Origin: Acidobacteriota bacterium
GTDB lineage: Bacteria > Acidobacteriota > UBA6911
Length of the DNA: 64,000 nt
Assembly: GCA_963664705.1 (NCBI GenBank)
Contig: OY761556.1
Coordinates: 5,664,001-5,728,000, forward strand
Direction: 5' to 3'
Shown here: piece by piece, positions 39,684 to 50,665 of the stretch
Position numbering within the stretch: the first letter of the stretch is position 1
Layout: each line of letters starts with the position of its first letter
Program-made: the position numbers and the translations under genes
Notes under the pieces: generated by a model
Told to the model about the DNA's origin: nothing
What the model saw: only the letters and a program-made list of their open reading frames with translations
Database searches by the model: none

Positions 39684-40586
39684 ATGAAAAAGAAAACACA
39701 AGAAGCCGGAAGTGATGAGGAGGTTGATGCTTTGTATCAGCTCCCTTTGAATGAATTCACCAATGCCAGAAATGCACTTGCAGTCCGTTTGAAGAAAGCC
39801 GGGCAAGGCAGCAAATGGGCCAAGGTGAAGAGTCTCATAAAGCCATCTTTGGCAGCCTGGGCCGCAAACCAGCTCTATTGGAAGCACAAGGAGGCTTTCG
39901 AGAATCTAATTACAACCGGCCAGAATTTGCTCCAAGCGCAACTATCCCAGCTCACTGGAAAGCCTGCGGAAATGGATAAGGCACATTCTGAGCAAATTGC
40001 AGCTATTTCTGTTTTGTTGAACTTGTCTGCTGAGCTGGTTCGGGAGAGCGGTCATAACGAGACTCCCCAAATGACTCGCCGCATGAGCAGGACTCTTGAT
40101 GCCCTGTCCATATATCCTGAAGGTGCTGACGCTCCAACCCCGGGAAGGCTAACGGCAGATGTGGAACCGCTGGGCTTTGAGACAATCTCGGCCATGATCC
40201 CGATCAAAGGGTTGGATAAGCCACAGGTCAAAACGAAGAAAGTTATCCCCCTTAAGCCACCGATTGAGAAAGAAACAAAACAGGAGAGAGCGGGTCAATC
40301 ATCCGCAATAGCAAAGACAGCATTGCTCGATGCAGAAAAAAAGGTGCAGGCAATTCGAAAGAAGGTGCAGTCGTTAAACGCTGCCCGAGAAAAGGCAGCG
40401 GCTGAGGTCAATGCGGCAGAAAAGGCGAAGGCTGACGCGGAAGAACGTTACCAAAAGGCAAAGCTATCCGAAGAAGAAGCCCGGAGCCGGTTTGAAATTG
40501 CAGCAACCGAGGCCGATATAGCGGCAACGGAGTTAACTGAAGCTCTACGAAAGATCGAAGATGTACGTCGGAGATTTGAATCATGA
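39684..40586 (+). CDS. Hypothetical protein with C-terminal coiled coil
   Basis: LYQLPLNEFTNARNALA..KPSLAAWAANQL..PGRLT. Confidence 0.75.
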   Translation: MKKKTQEAGSDEEVDALYQLPLNEFTNARNALAVRLKKAGQGSKWAKVKSLIKPSLAAWAANQLYWKHKEAFENLITTGQNLLQAQLSQLTGKPAEMDKAHSEQIAAISVLLNLSAELVRESGHNETPQMTRRMSRTLDALSIYPEGADAPTPGRLTADVEPLGFETISAMIPIKGLDKPQVKTKKVIPLKPPIEKETKQERAGQSSAIAKTALLDAEKKVQAIRKKVQSLNAAREKAAAEVNAAEKAKADAEERYQKAKLSEEEARSRFEIAATEADIAATELTEALRKIEDVRRRFES

Positions 40587-40667
40587 GGAACTCGCCCTCC
40601 GTACGATGCCGCTATTCTCATTTGTGACTATTACCTGATTCAGTTTCATGCATGAAACAACTTTCCA

Positions 40668-41720
40668 TTATTTATGATTTCGGGGACTTTTCTGCCCTTT
40701 GGGTTCGAGTGTGAATTGTAGATTTGGTTCTAGGGGATAGGGGTATCCCTCGGCATACACATACTGGAAATCCTCGTATGGTTGGCCACCGTCAGCGAAT
40801 CTGCAATAGATGTGCGGCTGTGGATAGCATTCGTCGCCTGTTGAATCAACTTCCACGATATTGCGGAATGGAATCCTTCCAAGTCTATATAGTTTAATTT
40901 TACGATATTTTTTATTATCAAATTCCTGTCCGTAATCAATTATCGACCACTGACCTTCACAATTTTGTATGCCTTCCTCGACCCGAAGGATAAAAGCAAT
41001 TCCATTGAAGTAAAAATCCCATACCTCCAGTTTAAACCACCCGCCTATTCCTGGTTTTTGGGAGTCGACATCGGGATACGAGTTGTCATCAATAGAGTGG
41101 ATTATGGCCTCAGAATGAGCAAACTTCTCATAAGGGTGACCCGTTACCTTTTTCCAATCAACTTCTTTGGGAATTTTCAGCAACTCAGTCTTCAACCGTC
41201 TCTTTATGGCTAAGTTTCTGGTGATGGATGCCTCGCGTTGCCTGGCTTCTCTAACGGCAGATATATCGAAATACGAGAATAGAAGATCTTTACGCTCGGC
41301 GTAAAGCCGTGCCTCCAATACCGAGGCAGTCCACAAAAATGGAGTGGCAATGCCTTTTCCTTTCGCATATTTATCGAAAGCCTCATGTGCGGCTCTCGTT
41401 ACATCGCAGGCAACAACAACCAAAAGTACTTCTGGTATGACTTCTGCCTTTTCCAGCGAATCATCAACCGCTTGTTTCAAAGTGCTCTGGTGCGCTGCTA
41501 AATAACGACGACACTGGATATACCAAGCACGATTTGTGTTTTCCTCAACACGTTCGATTGCAAAGATATCTACACCACCATCGCTTCCAAGGCGACCATA
41601 ATGTCTAATATCTATCCACGGACGCATGGAGAAAATTAGCCCCAGACATAAGTCCTCAAATCTTGAAGGGTCCAAATCGGAGAAATGAAGCCTATTTGTA
41701 CTTCGTGTCGGTTTTACCAA
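40668..41720 (-). CDS. Mrr-like restriction-endonuclease domain plus unknown C-terminal domain
   Basis: FEDLC..GSDGGVDI..WYIQCRRY (D-QxK-like motif). Confidence 0.75.
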   Translation of the reverse strand: MVKPTRSTNRLHFSDLDPSRFEDLCLGLIFSMRPWIDIRHYGRLGSDGGVDIFAIERVEENTNRAWYIQCRRYLAAHQSTLKQAVDDSLEKAEVIPEVLLVVVACDVTRAAHEAFDKYAKGKGIATPFLWTASVLEARLYAERKDLLFSYFDISAVREARQREASITRNLAIKRRLKTELLKIPKEVDWKKVTGHPYEKFAHSEAIIHSIDDNSYPDVDSQKPGIGGWFKLEVWDFYFNGIAFILRVEEGIQNCEGQWSIIDYGQEFDNKKYRKIKLYRLGRIPFRNIVEVDSTGDECYPQPHIYCRFADGGQPYEDFQYVYAEGYPYPLEPNLQFTLEPKGQKSPRNHK

Positions 41721-41967
41721 GTCTCTTCCTCGCAGAGCTCTATTTTTTTAATCAGCTTCAGTAAATACTCTGATTCGAAACGACAGTGTTTTCGTAAATG
41801 AATTATCACCTCTACGGCTGCAAAGCTGTCGCAATCAGGACCGTGCTGTATTATATTCGTCATTTCATTGTAAAACTCTCATTCTTTGGACTTTCTCTGT
41901 ATCGAAGTTTAGTGCTGCCTGATCAGGCCTCTGCCTTTCGACATGGCGCACCAATTCGGAGTTGATC

Positions 41968-44367
41968 GTGGCTATCAAAAAATCGGAAATATATACGTCT
42001 TTGTGGCAGAGCTGCGACGAGCTACGCGGCGGTATGGATGCCAGCCAATACAAAGACTACGTTCTCGTTCTACTGTTTATCAAATACATCAGTGACAAAT
42101 ATGCAGGGGTACCGTATGCGCCGATCACCATCCCACCCGGCGCCAGCTTCAAAGATATGGTTGCCCTCAAAGGGAAATCGGACATAGGCGACCAGATCAA
42201 TAAAAAGATCCTCGCCCCGCTGGCAAAGGCTAATCAGCTGTCTGACATGCCGGATTTCAATGACGCAACCAAGCTCGGCAGCGGCAAGGACTTGGTGGAA
42301 CGGCTCACCAATCTAATCGCCATTTTCGAGAACAAGGCGCTAGATTTCTCAAAAAACCGCGCTGATGGTGATGACATCCTTGGCGATGCCTACGAGTATT
42401 TGATGCGGCACTTCGCATCCGAAAGCGGCAAAAGCAAAGGTCAGTTTTACACCCCAGCTGAGGTCAGCCGCATTATGGCGCAGATCCTCGGTATCCGAGA
42501 TGCGAAGATCACCAGTGCTACCACCGTTTATGATCCTACCTGCGGTTCAGGTTCGCTCTTATTGAAGGTTAGCGATGAGGCCGGGGTGAGGGTCACCCTG
42601 TATGGGCAGGAAAAGGATGCGGCTACCAGCGGTCTTGCCCGTATGAACATGATCCTGCACAACAATCCTACGGCACTCATAAAGCAGGAAAACACGCTGA
42701 CCAATCCTCAGTTCAAAAACGGCGAGATGCTCAAAACCTTCGACTATGTCGTTGCAAATCCGCCGTTTTCCGATAAGCGGTGGAGTACCGGTCTCGATCC
42801 GCTGAACGACCCCTATCAGCGCTTCCAGCTCTTTGGCACGCCGCCCAATAAACAGGGCGATTATGCCTATCTTCTGCACATTGTCGCCTCTCTCAAGAGC
42901 ACCGGCACAGGTGCTTGCATATTGCCGCACGGTGTCCTGTTCAGAGGTAATGCTGAGGCGGATATCCGCCGGAATCTCCTCCGAAAGGGCTATATCAAAG
43001 GGATCATTGGCCTGCCGACGAATCTCTTTTACGGCACGGGAATTCCTGCCTGCATCGTTGTGGTCGACAAGAAGAATTCCCACGCAAGAAAGGGCATTTT
43101 TCTAATCGATGCCAGTGCGGGTTTTATGAAAGACGGCCCCAAGAACAGGCTGCGGGTTCAAGATATTCACAAGATTGTCGATATATTCAACCGGCAGCTC
43201 GAAGTCCCCGGGTATGCCCGCATGATCTCCTTAGAGGAGATCGAGAAAAATGAGTTTAACCTCAACATTCCGCGCTATATCGACAGCCAGGAACCTGAGG
43301 ACATCCAGGATATCGAGGGACATCTCAAGGGCGGCATTCCCATTGCTGACGTTGAAGCCCTTCATCGTTATTGGGAAGTCTGTCCAAAACTGCGGCAGAC
43401 TCTGTTCAAGAAAAATCGCGCTGGTTATGTGGATCTCGCTGTGGACAAGGCGGCTATTAAGTCCACGATCTACGAGCACCCAGAATTTGCCGCCTTCATC
43501 ACGGGCATGAACTCTCATTTTGCCGCTTGGTCTCAGGAAAATGGCAAGTCCCTGCGGCAATTGAAGTCCGGATGTCATCCAAAGGAAATCATCGTCAAGC
43601 TCTCCGAGGATCTACTGGCCTATTACTCCGGCAAGCCGTTGATCGACAACTACGACGTTTATCAGCATCTCATGGACTACTGGGCCGAGACTATGCAGGA
43701 CGATTGCTACATCATCGCCGCTGACGGCTGGAGAGCAGAGACGACCCGCATCGTTGAGAAGGACAAGAAAGGCAATGAAAAGGACAAGGGCTGGACGTGC
43801 GATCTCGTGCCCAAGTCCCTCATCGTTGCCCGCTACTTCGCCAAGGAACAGGCGGCACTAACCCAACTGGAAGCCGAGTTGGAAGCCGTTACGGCCCGGC
43901 TGACGGAGATGGAGGAAGAACACGGTGGGGAGGAGGGAGCTTTCTCCGAGCTCGAAAAGGTGAACAAGGCCAACGTTACTGCCCGGCTAAAGGAGATTAA
44001 AGGGGATAAGGAGGCCAAAGACGAATCCGCCGTTCTCAACGAATGGATGAAGCTCAGCAACGAGGAAGCTGACCTCAAGAAACGCGTCAGGGACGCCGAG
44101 GTGGCATTGGATGCCAAAGCCTATGCCCATTACCCCAAGCTCACAGAAAATGACACCAAGGCGCTCGTAGTGGATGATAAATGGCTTGCAGCTCTGGATG
44201 CCGCAATCCACGGCGAGATGGACAGCATCAGCCAAGGGCTAACCCAGCGAGTGAAGGAACTTGACGAACGCTACGAAACACCGATACCGGGAATGGTTAG
44301 CCGGGTGGCCGAGCTGGAGTCGAAAGTGAACCGGCACCTGGAAGAGATGGGTTTTACATGGAAGTGA
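41968..44367 (+). CDS. hsdM: Type I R-M methyltransferase subunit
   Basis: LRGGMDASQYKDY, GQFYTP, YDPTCGSG, ANPPF, LPHGVLFRG. Confidence 0.97.
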   Translation: MAIKKSEIYTSLWQSCDELRGGMDASQYKDYVLVLLFIKYISDKYAGVPYAPITIPPGASFKDMVALKGKSDIGDQINKKILAPLAKANQLSDMPDFNDATKLGSGKDLVERLTNLIAIFENKALDFSKNRADGDDILGDAYEYLMRHFASESGKSKGQFYTPAEVSRIMAQILGIRDAKITSATTVYDPTCGSGSLLLKVSDEAGVRVTLYGQEKDAATSGLARMNMILHNNPTALIKQENTLTNPQFKNGEMLKTFDYVVANPPFSDKRWSTGLDPLNDPYQRFQLFGTPPNKQGDYAYLLHIVASLKSTGTGACILPHGVLFRGNAEADIRRNLLRKGYIKGIIGLPTNLFYGTGIPACIVVVDKKNSHARKGIFLIDASAGFMKDGPKNRLRVQDIHKIVDIFNRQLEVPGYARMISLEEIEKNEFNLNIPRYIDSQEPEDIQDIEGHLKGGIPIADVEALHRYWEVCPKLRQTLFKKNRAGYVDLAVDKAAIKSTIYEHPEFAAFITGMNSHFAAWSQENGKSLRQLKSGCHPKEIIVKLSEDLLAYYSGKPLIDNYDVYQHLMDYWAETMQDDCYIIAADGWRAETTRIVEKDKKGNEKDKGWTCDLVPKSLIVARYFAKEQAALTQLEAELEAVTARLTEMEEEHGGEEGAFSELEKVNKANVTARLKEIKGDKEAKDESAVLNEWMKLSNEEADLKKRVRDAEVALDAKAYAHYPKLTENDTKALVVDDKWLAALDAAIHGEMDSISQGLTQRVKELDERYETPIPGMVSRVAELESKVNRHLEEMGFTWK

Positions 44368-45650
44368 AGCGCGGATACAAACAGACAGAGGTAGGAGTAA
44401 TTCCGGAGGATTGGCATCTTCGGCCACTGTTGACCGTAGTTCGTGTGGCAAGTGGTCAGGTTGACCCAAGGATTGAGCCCTACCATTCGATGACTCTCGT
44501 CGCACCCGACCATATAGAGAGCAGCAGCGGACGCTTGCTATTAAAGCAGACAGCAGGTGAACAACGAGCAATTAGCGGTAAATACCTCTTCGCACCTGGT
44601 GACGTTGTTTACAGCAAAATTCGTCCGTATCTGAGGAAAGCAATTCTGGCTGATTTTGAAGGGCTCTGCAGCGCGGATATGTATCCACTGAAGCCCGCAG
44701 CCGAGGTCTCAGCCGGGTTTGTATTTTCTGCACTGCTTGGACATCATTTTTCCAAATATGCTGAGTCGGTGTCGGTTCGAAGCGGGATGCCGAAGATCAA
44801 CAGAGCTGAATTAGCTGAATATACGATGGCACTCCCGCCCACTAGAGCCGAACAAGAAGCCATTGCCGACGCATTGAGCGATGCAGATGCCCTCATCGAA
44901 TCCCTGGAGCAACTCATTGCCAAGAAAAGCCAGATCAAACAAGGGGCCATGCAGGAATTGCTAACGGGCAATAGGCGTTTGCCGGGTTTTACATCCAAAT
45001 CGGGTTATAAACAGACCGAAGTGGGGATGATTCCGGAGGATTGGAATACAGTAACATTGGAATACGCTGCCGTTCCTGGGGGCCTCGTTAGGGGTCCGTT
45101 TGGCGGAACCTTAAAAAAACAATTTTTCGTAAGAGACGGCTACAAGGTCTATGAACAAAGAAACGCTATTTACGGGACAGTTGATAAGGGCGATTACTTT
45201 ATCTCTAGAACCAAGTTTAAAGAGTTGGAACGCTTTCGCGTCCGTCCTGGGGATTTAATAGTAAGTTGCTCGGGAACAATTGGGTGCATTTACAGGATTC
45301 CCCAGGAAGCACCAGAAGGAATAATAAATCAGGCTCTCCTCAAAATCTCCTTGAACGAGGAGAAAGTAAATCATGGATTCTTTCTTGCTGTTTTCGGATC
45401 CAAACAGTTTCAGGCGCGTATCAAAGAGAATACTCATGGTGGGGCAATGCAAAACCTCGTTGGAATGGATGTTTTTATGAAAACATTATTCCAAATCCCT
45501 CCCCAAAAAGCCGAACAAGAAGCTATTGCAGCCATTATTGGCGATATGGATGATGAGATTACTACATTGGGATCAAAGTTAAATAAAGCCCGCCAAATCA
45601 AACAAGGCATGATGCAGGAACTCCTAACCGGAAGGATACGTCTCGTATGA
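44358..45650 (+). CDS. hsdS: Type I R-M specificity subunit
   Basis: Two TRDs with duplicated GYKQTEVG.IPEDW and AEQEAIA..KQG.MQELLTG. Confidence 0.96.
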   Translation: MEVKRGYKQTEVGVIPEDWHLRPLLTVVRVASGQVDPRIEPYHSMTLVAPDHIESSSGRLLLKQTAGEQRAISGKYLFAPGDVVYSKIRPYLRKAILADFEGLCSADMYPLKPAAEVSAGFVFSALLGHHFSKYAESVSVRSGMPKINRAELAEYTMALPPTRAEQEAIADALSDADALIESLEQLIAKKSQIKQGAMQELLTGNRRLPGFTSKSGYKQTEVGMIPEDWNTVTLEYAAVPGGLVRGPFGGTLKKQFFVRDGYKVYEQRNAIYGTVDKGDYFISRTKFKELERFRVRPGDLIVSCSGTIGCIYRIPQEAPEGIINQALLKISLNEEKVNHGFFLAVFGSKQFQARIKENTHGGAMQNLVGMDVFMKTLFQIPPQKAEQEAIAAIIGDMDDEITTLGSKLNKARQIKQGMMQELLTGRIRLV

Positions 45651-46564
45651 AAAACTACTACCGAGTCATGCTTGGAAAAAAAAGCGCTCATGCGGCGGAA
45701 TGTTTTGCAGGCAACTTCATTGGTGCTAATTTCGGTATCAAGCAGGACCTGTCACATAAGCTGCCGGAGGAATGGCGTGCCTTTAATGAGGAATTCATTC
45801 CTGTATATCTCAATCTCTTTCCCGGTAAGACAAAGATCAGCGCTGGATTGGCATGCGGCGCACTGTGGACTGTCTGCAAAGGAATCAGGAAAGGTGACAT
45901 AGTGCTTTGTCCCGACGGAGAGGGTGGCTACCGTGTTGGTGAGGTAAGCGGAGAATACAGCTACGAACAAGGAGAAATCCTTTGTCATAGACGGCCAGTT
46001 TCCTGGTCAAACGTCACGATCGATAAATCTACGATGAGTGAGCCTTTGAGACACTCCGCAGGTTCAATTGGAACCGTAAGCACGATTACTCGGCATAGCG
46101 ATGAAATCGAAAAGCTGATCAGCGGAAATTCAAAACAAAAGGCCGATGACGAAATAGTAGAGGACCCTTCTGCATTCGCATTAGAGGAGCATCTGGAGGA
46201 TTTTCTCGTAAAAAACTGGGCTCACACTGAGCTTGGCAAAGACTATGACATTTACGAGGAGGATGGAGAAAAAGCACAACAGTACCAAACCGATACTGGT
46301 CCACTCGATATTCTTGCCGTCAGTAAAGATAGAAAGAAGCTGCTGGTTATTGAGTTGAAAAAGGGTCGTGCCAGTGACGCGGTAGTGGGCCAGATCCTTC
46401 GCTACATGGGGTTTGTTCAGGAAATGCTTGCGGAAAAAGATCAGAGTGTACATGGATTAGTAATCGCCCTGGAAGATGATCAGAGGATCCGTCGAGCATT
46501 GGCGATGGTAAAGAATATCCAATTCTATCGATATCAAATCAGCTTCAAATTAGTGAAAGCATAA
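45647..46564 (+). CDS. NucS/DUF91-like endonuclease-domain protein inside the hsd operon
   Basis: FALEEHLEDFL, GPLDILA, IELKKGRASDAVVGQILRYMG. Confidence 0.85.
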   Translation: MKNYYRVMLGKKSAHAAECFAGNFIGANFGIKQDLSHKLPEEWRAFNEEFIPVYLNLFPGKTKISAGLACGALWTVCKGIRKGDIVLCPDGEGGYRVGEVSGEYSYEQGEILCHRRPVSWSNVTIDKSTMSEPLRHSAGSIGTVSTITRHSDEIEKLISGNSKQKADDEIVEDPSAFALEEHLEDFLVKNWAHTELGKDYDIYEEDGEKAQQYQTDTGPLDILAVSKDRKKLLVIELKKGRASDAVVGQILRYMGFVQEMLAEKDQSVHGLVIALEDDQRIRRALAMVKNIQFYRYQISFKLVKA

Positions 46565-46565
46565 G

Positions 46566-49500
46566 ATGACTCCAATAGGCCAGGCAGAACGCGCTACACA
46601 GGACCGCGTCATTGCTCTATTTCGGAACGAACTGAAATACAAATATCTCGGCGATTGGACAGACCGAGACGGCAATAGCAATATCGAGGAGGGGCTCCTT
46701 ACCGATTACCTGACTAAATGCGGTTACGGTCAAGCACAGATCAGTAGGGCCATTTACCTCCTTCATACCGAAGCCGATAACCACAATCGTGGTCTTTATG
46801 GCAACAATAAGGCTGTATATAACCTGCTGCGGTATGGCGTGCCGGTTAAGATAGAAGCAGGCAAAGTCACAGAAACCGTTCACCTCATCGACTGGAAAGA
46901 ACCAAAGAAGAATGATTTCGCTATTGCTGAAGAGGTTACTCTTCACGGGAATAACGAACGGCGACCGGACATAGTCCTTTCCGTGAACGGCATTGCTATC
47001 GGAGTGCTCGAACTGAAGAACAGCCGAATCTCCATCGGCGATGGCATCCGTCAAAACCTTTCCAATCAGCAGCCAGAATTCAATGAATGGTTCTTCAGTA
47101 CGGTTCAGTTCATCTTTGCTGGCAATGATTCAGAAGGGCTGCAGTACGGGACAATTGGTACACCGGAGAAGTATTTCCTGAAATGGAAAGAAGAGGAGGA
47201 AGATAACAGCCGTTTTAAGCTCGACAAATACCTGCTGAAGATCTGCGTCAAAGAGCGCCTGATCGAGCTGATGTACGACTTCGTGCTATTCGATGGAGGC
47301 GTGAAGAAGCTGCCACGGGCACACCAGTATTTTGGGATCAAGGCTGCGCAGCGACATGTAAATGAAAGCAAGGGCGGCATCATTTGGCATACACAGGGCA
47401 GCGGTAAGAGCATTGTCATGGTGCTTCTGGCGAAGTGGATTCTGGAGAATAATCCCAACGCCCGAGTTGCCATCATCACAGACCGGGATGAATTGGACAA
47501 GCAGATTGAGCGGGTCTTCACAGAAGCGGGAGAAGCCATAAAGCGCACCGGCAGCGGTCGTGACCTGATGAACCAGCTCAGCCAGGCTGCCCCACGCCTC
47601 TTATGCTCTCTGATCCACAAGTTCGGCAGGAGAGACGTAGATGACCTCGACGCGTTCATCAAGGAACTGGAAGCTCAACCGAGCCAGACTGTGGGAGAGG
47701 TTTTTGTTTTCGTGGACGAATGTCACCGGACCCAGAGTGGACGACTGCACCGGGTGATGAAGGCGATGATGCCCAACGCGATCTTCATCGGCTTTACTGG
47801 CACACCTCTATTGAAAAAGGATAAGCAGACGAGCCTGGAGGTTTTTGGCGGCTACATCCACACCTATAAGTTCAGCGAAGGCGTTGAAGACAATGTCATA
47901 CTCGATTTGATTTATGAGGCGAGGGATATTGACCAGCATCTCGGGTCGGTAGACAAAATCGATGCCTGGTTCGAGGCCAAGACCAAAGGCCTGAACGATT
48001 GGCAGAAGGATGAGCTGAAAAAGCAGTGGGGCACGATGCAGCATGTGCTCAGCTCAAAATCCCGCATGGATCGGGTGGTGAGCGACATCATCTTCGATTT
48101 CGGTACTAAGCCACGCCTTTCGAGCCAACGCGGAAACGCCATCCTGGTTGCCTCCAGCATTTATGAGGCTTGTAAGTATTTCTCACTATTCCAGAAAACA
48201 CCGTTTAAGGGCAGGTGCGCGGTGGTTACCTCCTACAACCCGCAAGCACAGGACGTGACCAAGGAGGAGATCGGAGCCCATACTGAGACCGACAAACAGT
48301 TCATCTTCAACACCTACACTGAACTGTTGACGGATGTTGCGCCCAAACCGGGCATGACAAAGACTGAGACTTACGAGGAGACTGCCAAAACGCTGTTCAC
48401 GAAGGAGCCTGCGAATATGAAGCTCCTCGTCGTTGTGGACAAGTTGCTGACTGGTTTTGACGCACCGCCCTGCACCTACCTCTATATCGATAAATCAATG
48501 CAGGATCACGGGCTGTTCCAGGCCATATGCCGTGTTAACCGGCTGGATGGGGACGACAAAGATTTCGGCTATATCGTCGATTACAAGGATCTGTTCAAGA
48601 AAGTCGAAAACGCCATTGCTGTTTACTCGTCAGAATTAGATCACAGCTCTGGAGGCGCTGCTCCGGAGGTGCTGCTGCAAGATCGTCTGAAGAAAGGGAG
48701 GGAACGGCTGGATGATGCGCTTGAAGCTCTTTTCCTCCTTTGTGAGCCCGTCGAAAAGCCGAAAGGCGAGTTGGAGCACATTCATTCCTTCTGCGGAAAT
48801 ACTGAAATTCCGGCAGACCTGAAGGAACGAGAGCCACGACGCTCTGCACTATATAAAGCTGTGGTAACCCTCGTAAGAGCATATGCCAACATCTCGGATG
48901 AGCTGGATGCAGCCGGATACAGCGGCGCTGAAATAAATCGAATCAAGAAGCAGGTTGAAGAGTATTTGAATCTTCGGGAAATCATTCGCAAAGCCAGCGG
49001 CGAGAGCTTAGATCTGAAGGCGTACGAAGCTGATATGCGGCACCTCATCGATACGTATATTGAGGCTGACGAGCCGAGAAAGATCTCGCCTTTCGAGAAT
49101 ATCGGGTTATTAGACCTTATCGTAAAAACCGGAATTGCCAATGCCATTGCGAATCAGCTCAGCAGCCTTAAAGGTAATAAGGACGCAATTGCGGAAGTGA
49201 TTGCAAATAATGTCCGCAGCAAAATTATTAGAGAGCATCTGAACGATCCGGCTTTCTATAACAAAATGTCCGCATTATTGGACGAAATCATTGCAGCCAG
49301 GAAGGCCAAGGCAATTGAATACGAAGAATACCTGAGACGCATTGCGGAATTGGCTAAGAAAGTGCAGGCCGGACACTCAGATGAGCTGCCGGAACAGCTC
49401 GATACGCCAGGCAAACGTGCTCTGTACAACAACCTCAAAAAGGAAGCCGGGGCTGCTGTTGCGGAGGCTGGTGCAAGCTATTCCCCTGAGAATGACAACG

Positions 49501-49676
49501 ATCTGCTCGAATTAGTCCTCAGAATTGATGATGCCGTGAAAAGCACCAGGCCAGACGAATGGCGTGGAGTGCAATCCAGGGAGCAGGTGATCAAGGCTGC
49601 TCTTTATGGCATCTTACAGGATCCTGCCGAAGTGGAGCGTATTTTCCTAATCATCAAAGCACAGAGTGAATACTGA
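46566..49676 (+). CDS. hsdR: Type I R-M restriction subunit
   Basis: RPDIV..ELK, WHTQGSGKS, VDECHR, GFTGTP, LLTGFDAP, QAICRVNR. Confidence 0.97.
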   Translation: MTPIGQAERATQDRVIALFRNELKYKYLGDWTDRDGNSNIEEGLLTDYLTKCGYGQAQISRAIYLLHTEADNHNRGLYGNNKAVYNLLRYGVPVKIEAGKVTETVHLIDWKEPKKNDFAIAEEVTLHGNNERRPDIVLSVNGIAIGVLELKNSRISIGDGIRQNLSNQQPEFNEWFFSTVQFIFAGNDSEGLQYGTIGTPEKYFLKWKEEEEDNSRFKLDKYLLKICVKERLIELMYDFVLFDGGVKKLPRAHQYFGIKAAQRHVNESKGGIIWHTQGSGKSIVMVLLAKWILENNPNARVAIITDRDELDKQIERVFTEAGEAIKRTGSGRDLMNQLSQAAPRLLCSLIHKFGRRDVDDLDAFIKELEAQPSQTVGEVFVFVDECHRTQSGRLHRVMKAMMPNAIFIGFTGTPLLKKDKQTSLEVFGGYIHTYKFSEGVEDNVILDLIYEARDIDQHLGSVDKIDAWFEAKTKGLNDWQKDELKKQWGTMQHVLSSKSRMDRVVSDIIFDFGTKPRLSSQRGNAILVASSIYEACKYFSLFQKTPFKGRCAVVTSYNPQAQDVTKEEIGAHTETDKQFIFNTYTELLTDVAPKPGMTKTETYEETAKTLFTKEPANMKLLVVVDKLLTGFDAPPCTYLYIDKSMQDHGLFQAICRVNRLDGDDKDFGYIVDYKDLFKKVENAIAVYSSELDHSSGGAAPEVLLQDRLKKGRERLDDALEALFLLCEPVEKPKGELEHIHSFCGNTEIPADLKEREPRRSALYKAVVTLVRAYANISDELDAAGYSGAEINRIKKQVEEYLNLREIIRKASGESLDLKAYEADMRHLIDTYIEADEPRKISPFENIGLLDLIVKTGIANAIANQLSSLKGNKDAIAEVIANNVRSKIIREHLNDPAFYNKMSALLDEIIAARKAKAIEYEEYLRRIAELAKKVQAGHSDELPEQLDTPGKRALYNNLKKEAGAAVAEAGASYSPENDNDLLELVLRIDDAVKSTRPDEWRGVQSREQVIKAALYGILQDPAEVERIFLIIKAQSEY

Positions 49677-50392
49677 TGCCAAGGCAGATCAAGTTAGGTG
49701 ACATCACAATAGAAGTGTTTTTGAAGGACATCAAAAATGTCCATCTCAGTGTCTATCCCCCAACCGGCAAAGTGAAGATTTCAGCTCCGAAACGCATGAG
49801 CCTCGACACAATACGCCTGTTTGCAATTTCGAAACTTGCCTGGATTAAGCAGCAGCAGAGGAAACTGCGAGAACAGGAACGTGAAACTCCTCGGGAGTAC
49901 ACTGATCGGGAGAGCCATTATCTTTGGGGAAAGCGTTACCTTCTGAATGTAGTAGAGGAAAATGTGCCGCCAAGACTTGAAATTAAGCATGGCACGATGA
50001 TCCTTAATGTTCGTCCCGGGTCAACGACAGATGAGAAACAGGAAATTGTAGCCCACTGGTATAGAGAACAAATAAGGGCTGCCATTCCTCAGCTAATCGC
50101 CAAATGGGCTCCGAGAATGAAGGTAAAGGTGGAACGGGTTTTCATACAAAAAATGAAGACCAAATGGGGCAGCTGTAATCCAAATACCAAGAGCATTCGG
50201 CTCAATACTGACCTGGCAAAAAAGCCGCAGGATTGCCTGGAATATATTGTCGTGCATGAGTTGGCTCACCTGCTTGCATCGACTCATAACGACCGTTTTG
50301 TTGCGATAATGGACCGGCTGATGCCGGACTGGCATTTACGCCGGGAGCAACTTAACCGGCTGCCGGTTCGACATGAAGAATGGGCATATTGA
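49676..50392 (+). CDS. YgjP/DUF45 (M48-like) metal-dependent hydrolase
   Basis: KWGSC, YIVVHELAHL..HNDRF; typical position after hsdR. Confidence 0.9.
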   Translation: MPRQIKLGDITIEVFLKDIKNVHLSVYPPTGKVKISAPKRMSLDTIRLFAISKLAWIKQQQRKLREQERETPREYTDRESHYLWGKRYLLNVVEENVPPRLEIKHGTMILNVRPGSTTDEKQEIVAHWYREQIRAAIPQLIAKWAPRMKVKVERVFIQKMKTKWGSCNPNTKSIRLNTDLAKKPQDCLEYIVVHELAHLLASTHNDRFVAIMDRLMPDWHLRREQLNRLPVRHEEWAY

Positions 50393-50665
50393 TCACAATT
50401 GATGAATGAGAGAGACGCTTCTTTAGAAAAATGGAGATTGAATGCAGGTGCTTGACCTGATCACCTCTTACATCCAATATTCATCAACAAAGCCTTACCT
50501 AAATCAAACTTAGCTCGGCCCGACTGCCTCCGCTCCATGCCGTGGAGTAGAAGCCAGCTCACTATTTTTATGGAAGTGGCCTGGAAGCCCACATTCCTTT
50601 TCTATAGGATCAGGGCCACCCCACCCTTGTAGGCCAAGCAACAAACGCGTAGTGCTAAAGCCTTG

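Noticed and set aside
44358-45650. Phase-variable hsdS shufflon
   Set aside because: Single hsdS with ordinary internal direct repeats; no silent TRD copies, inverted repeats or adjacent invertase
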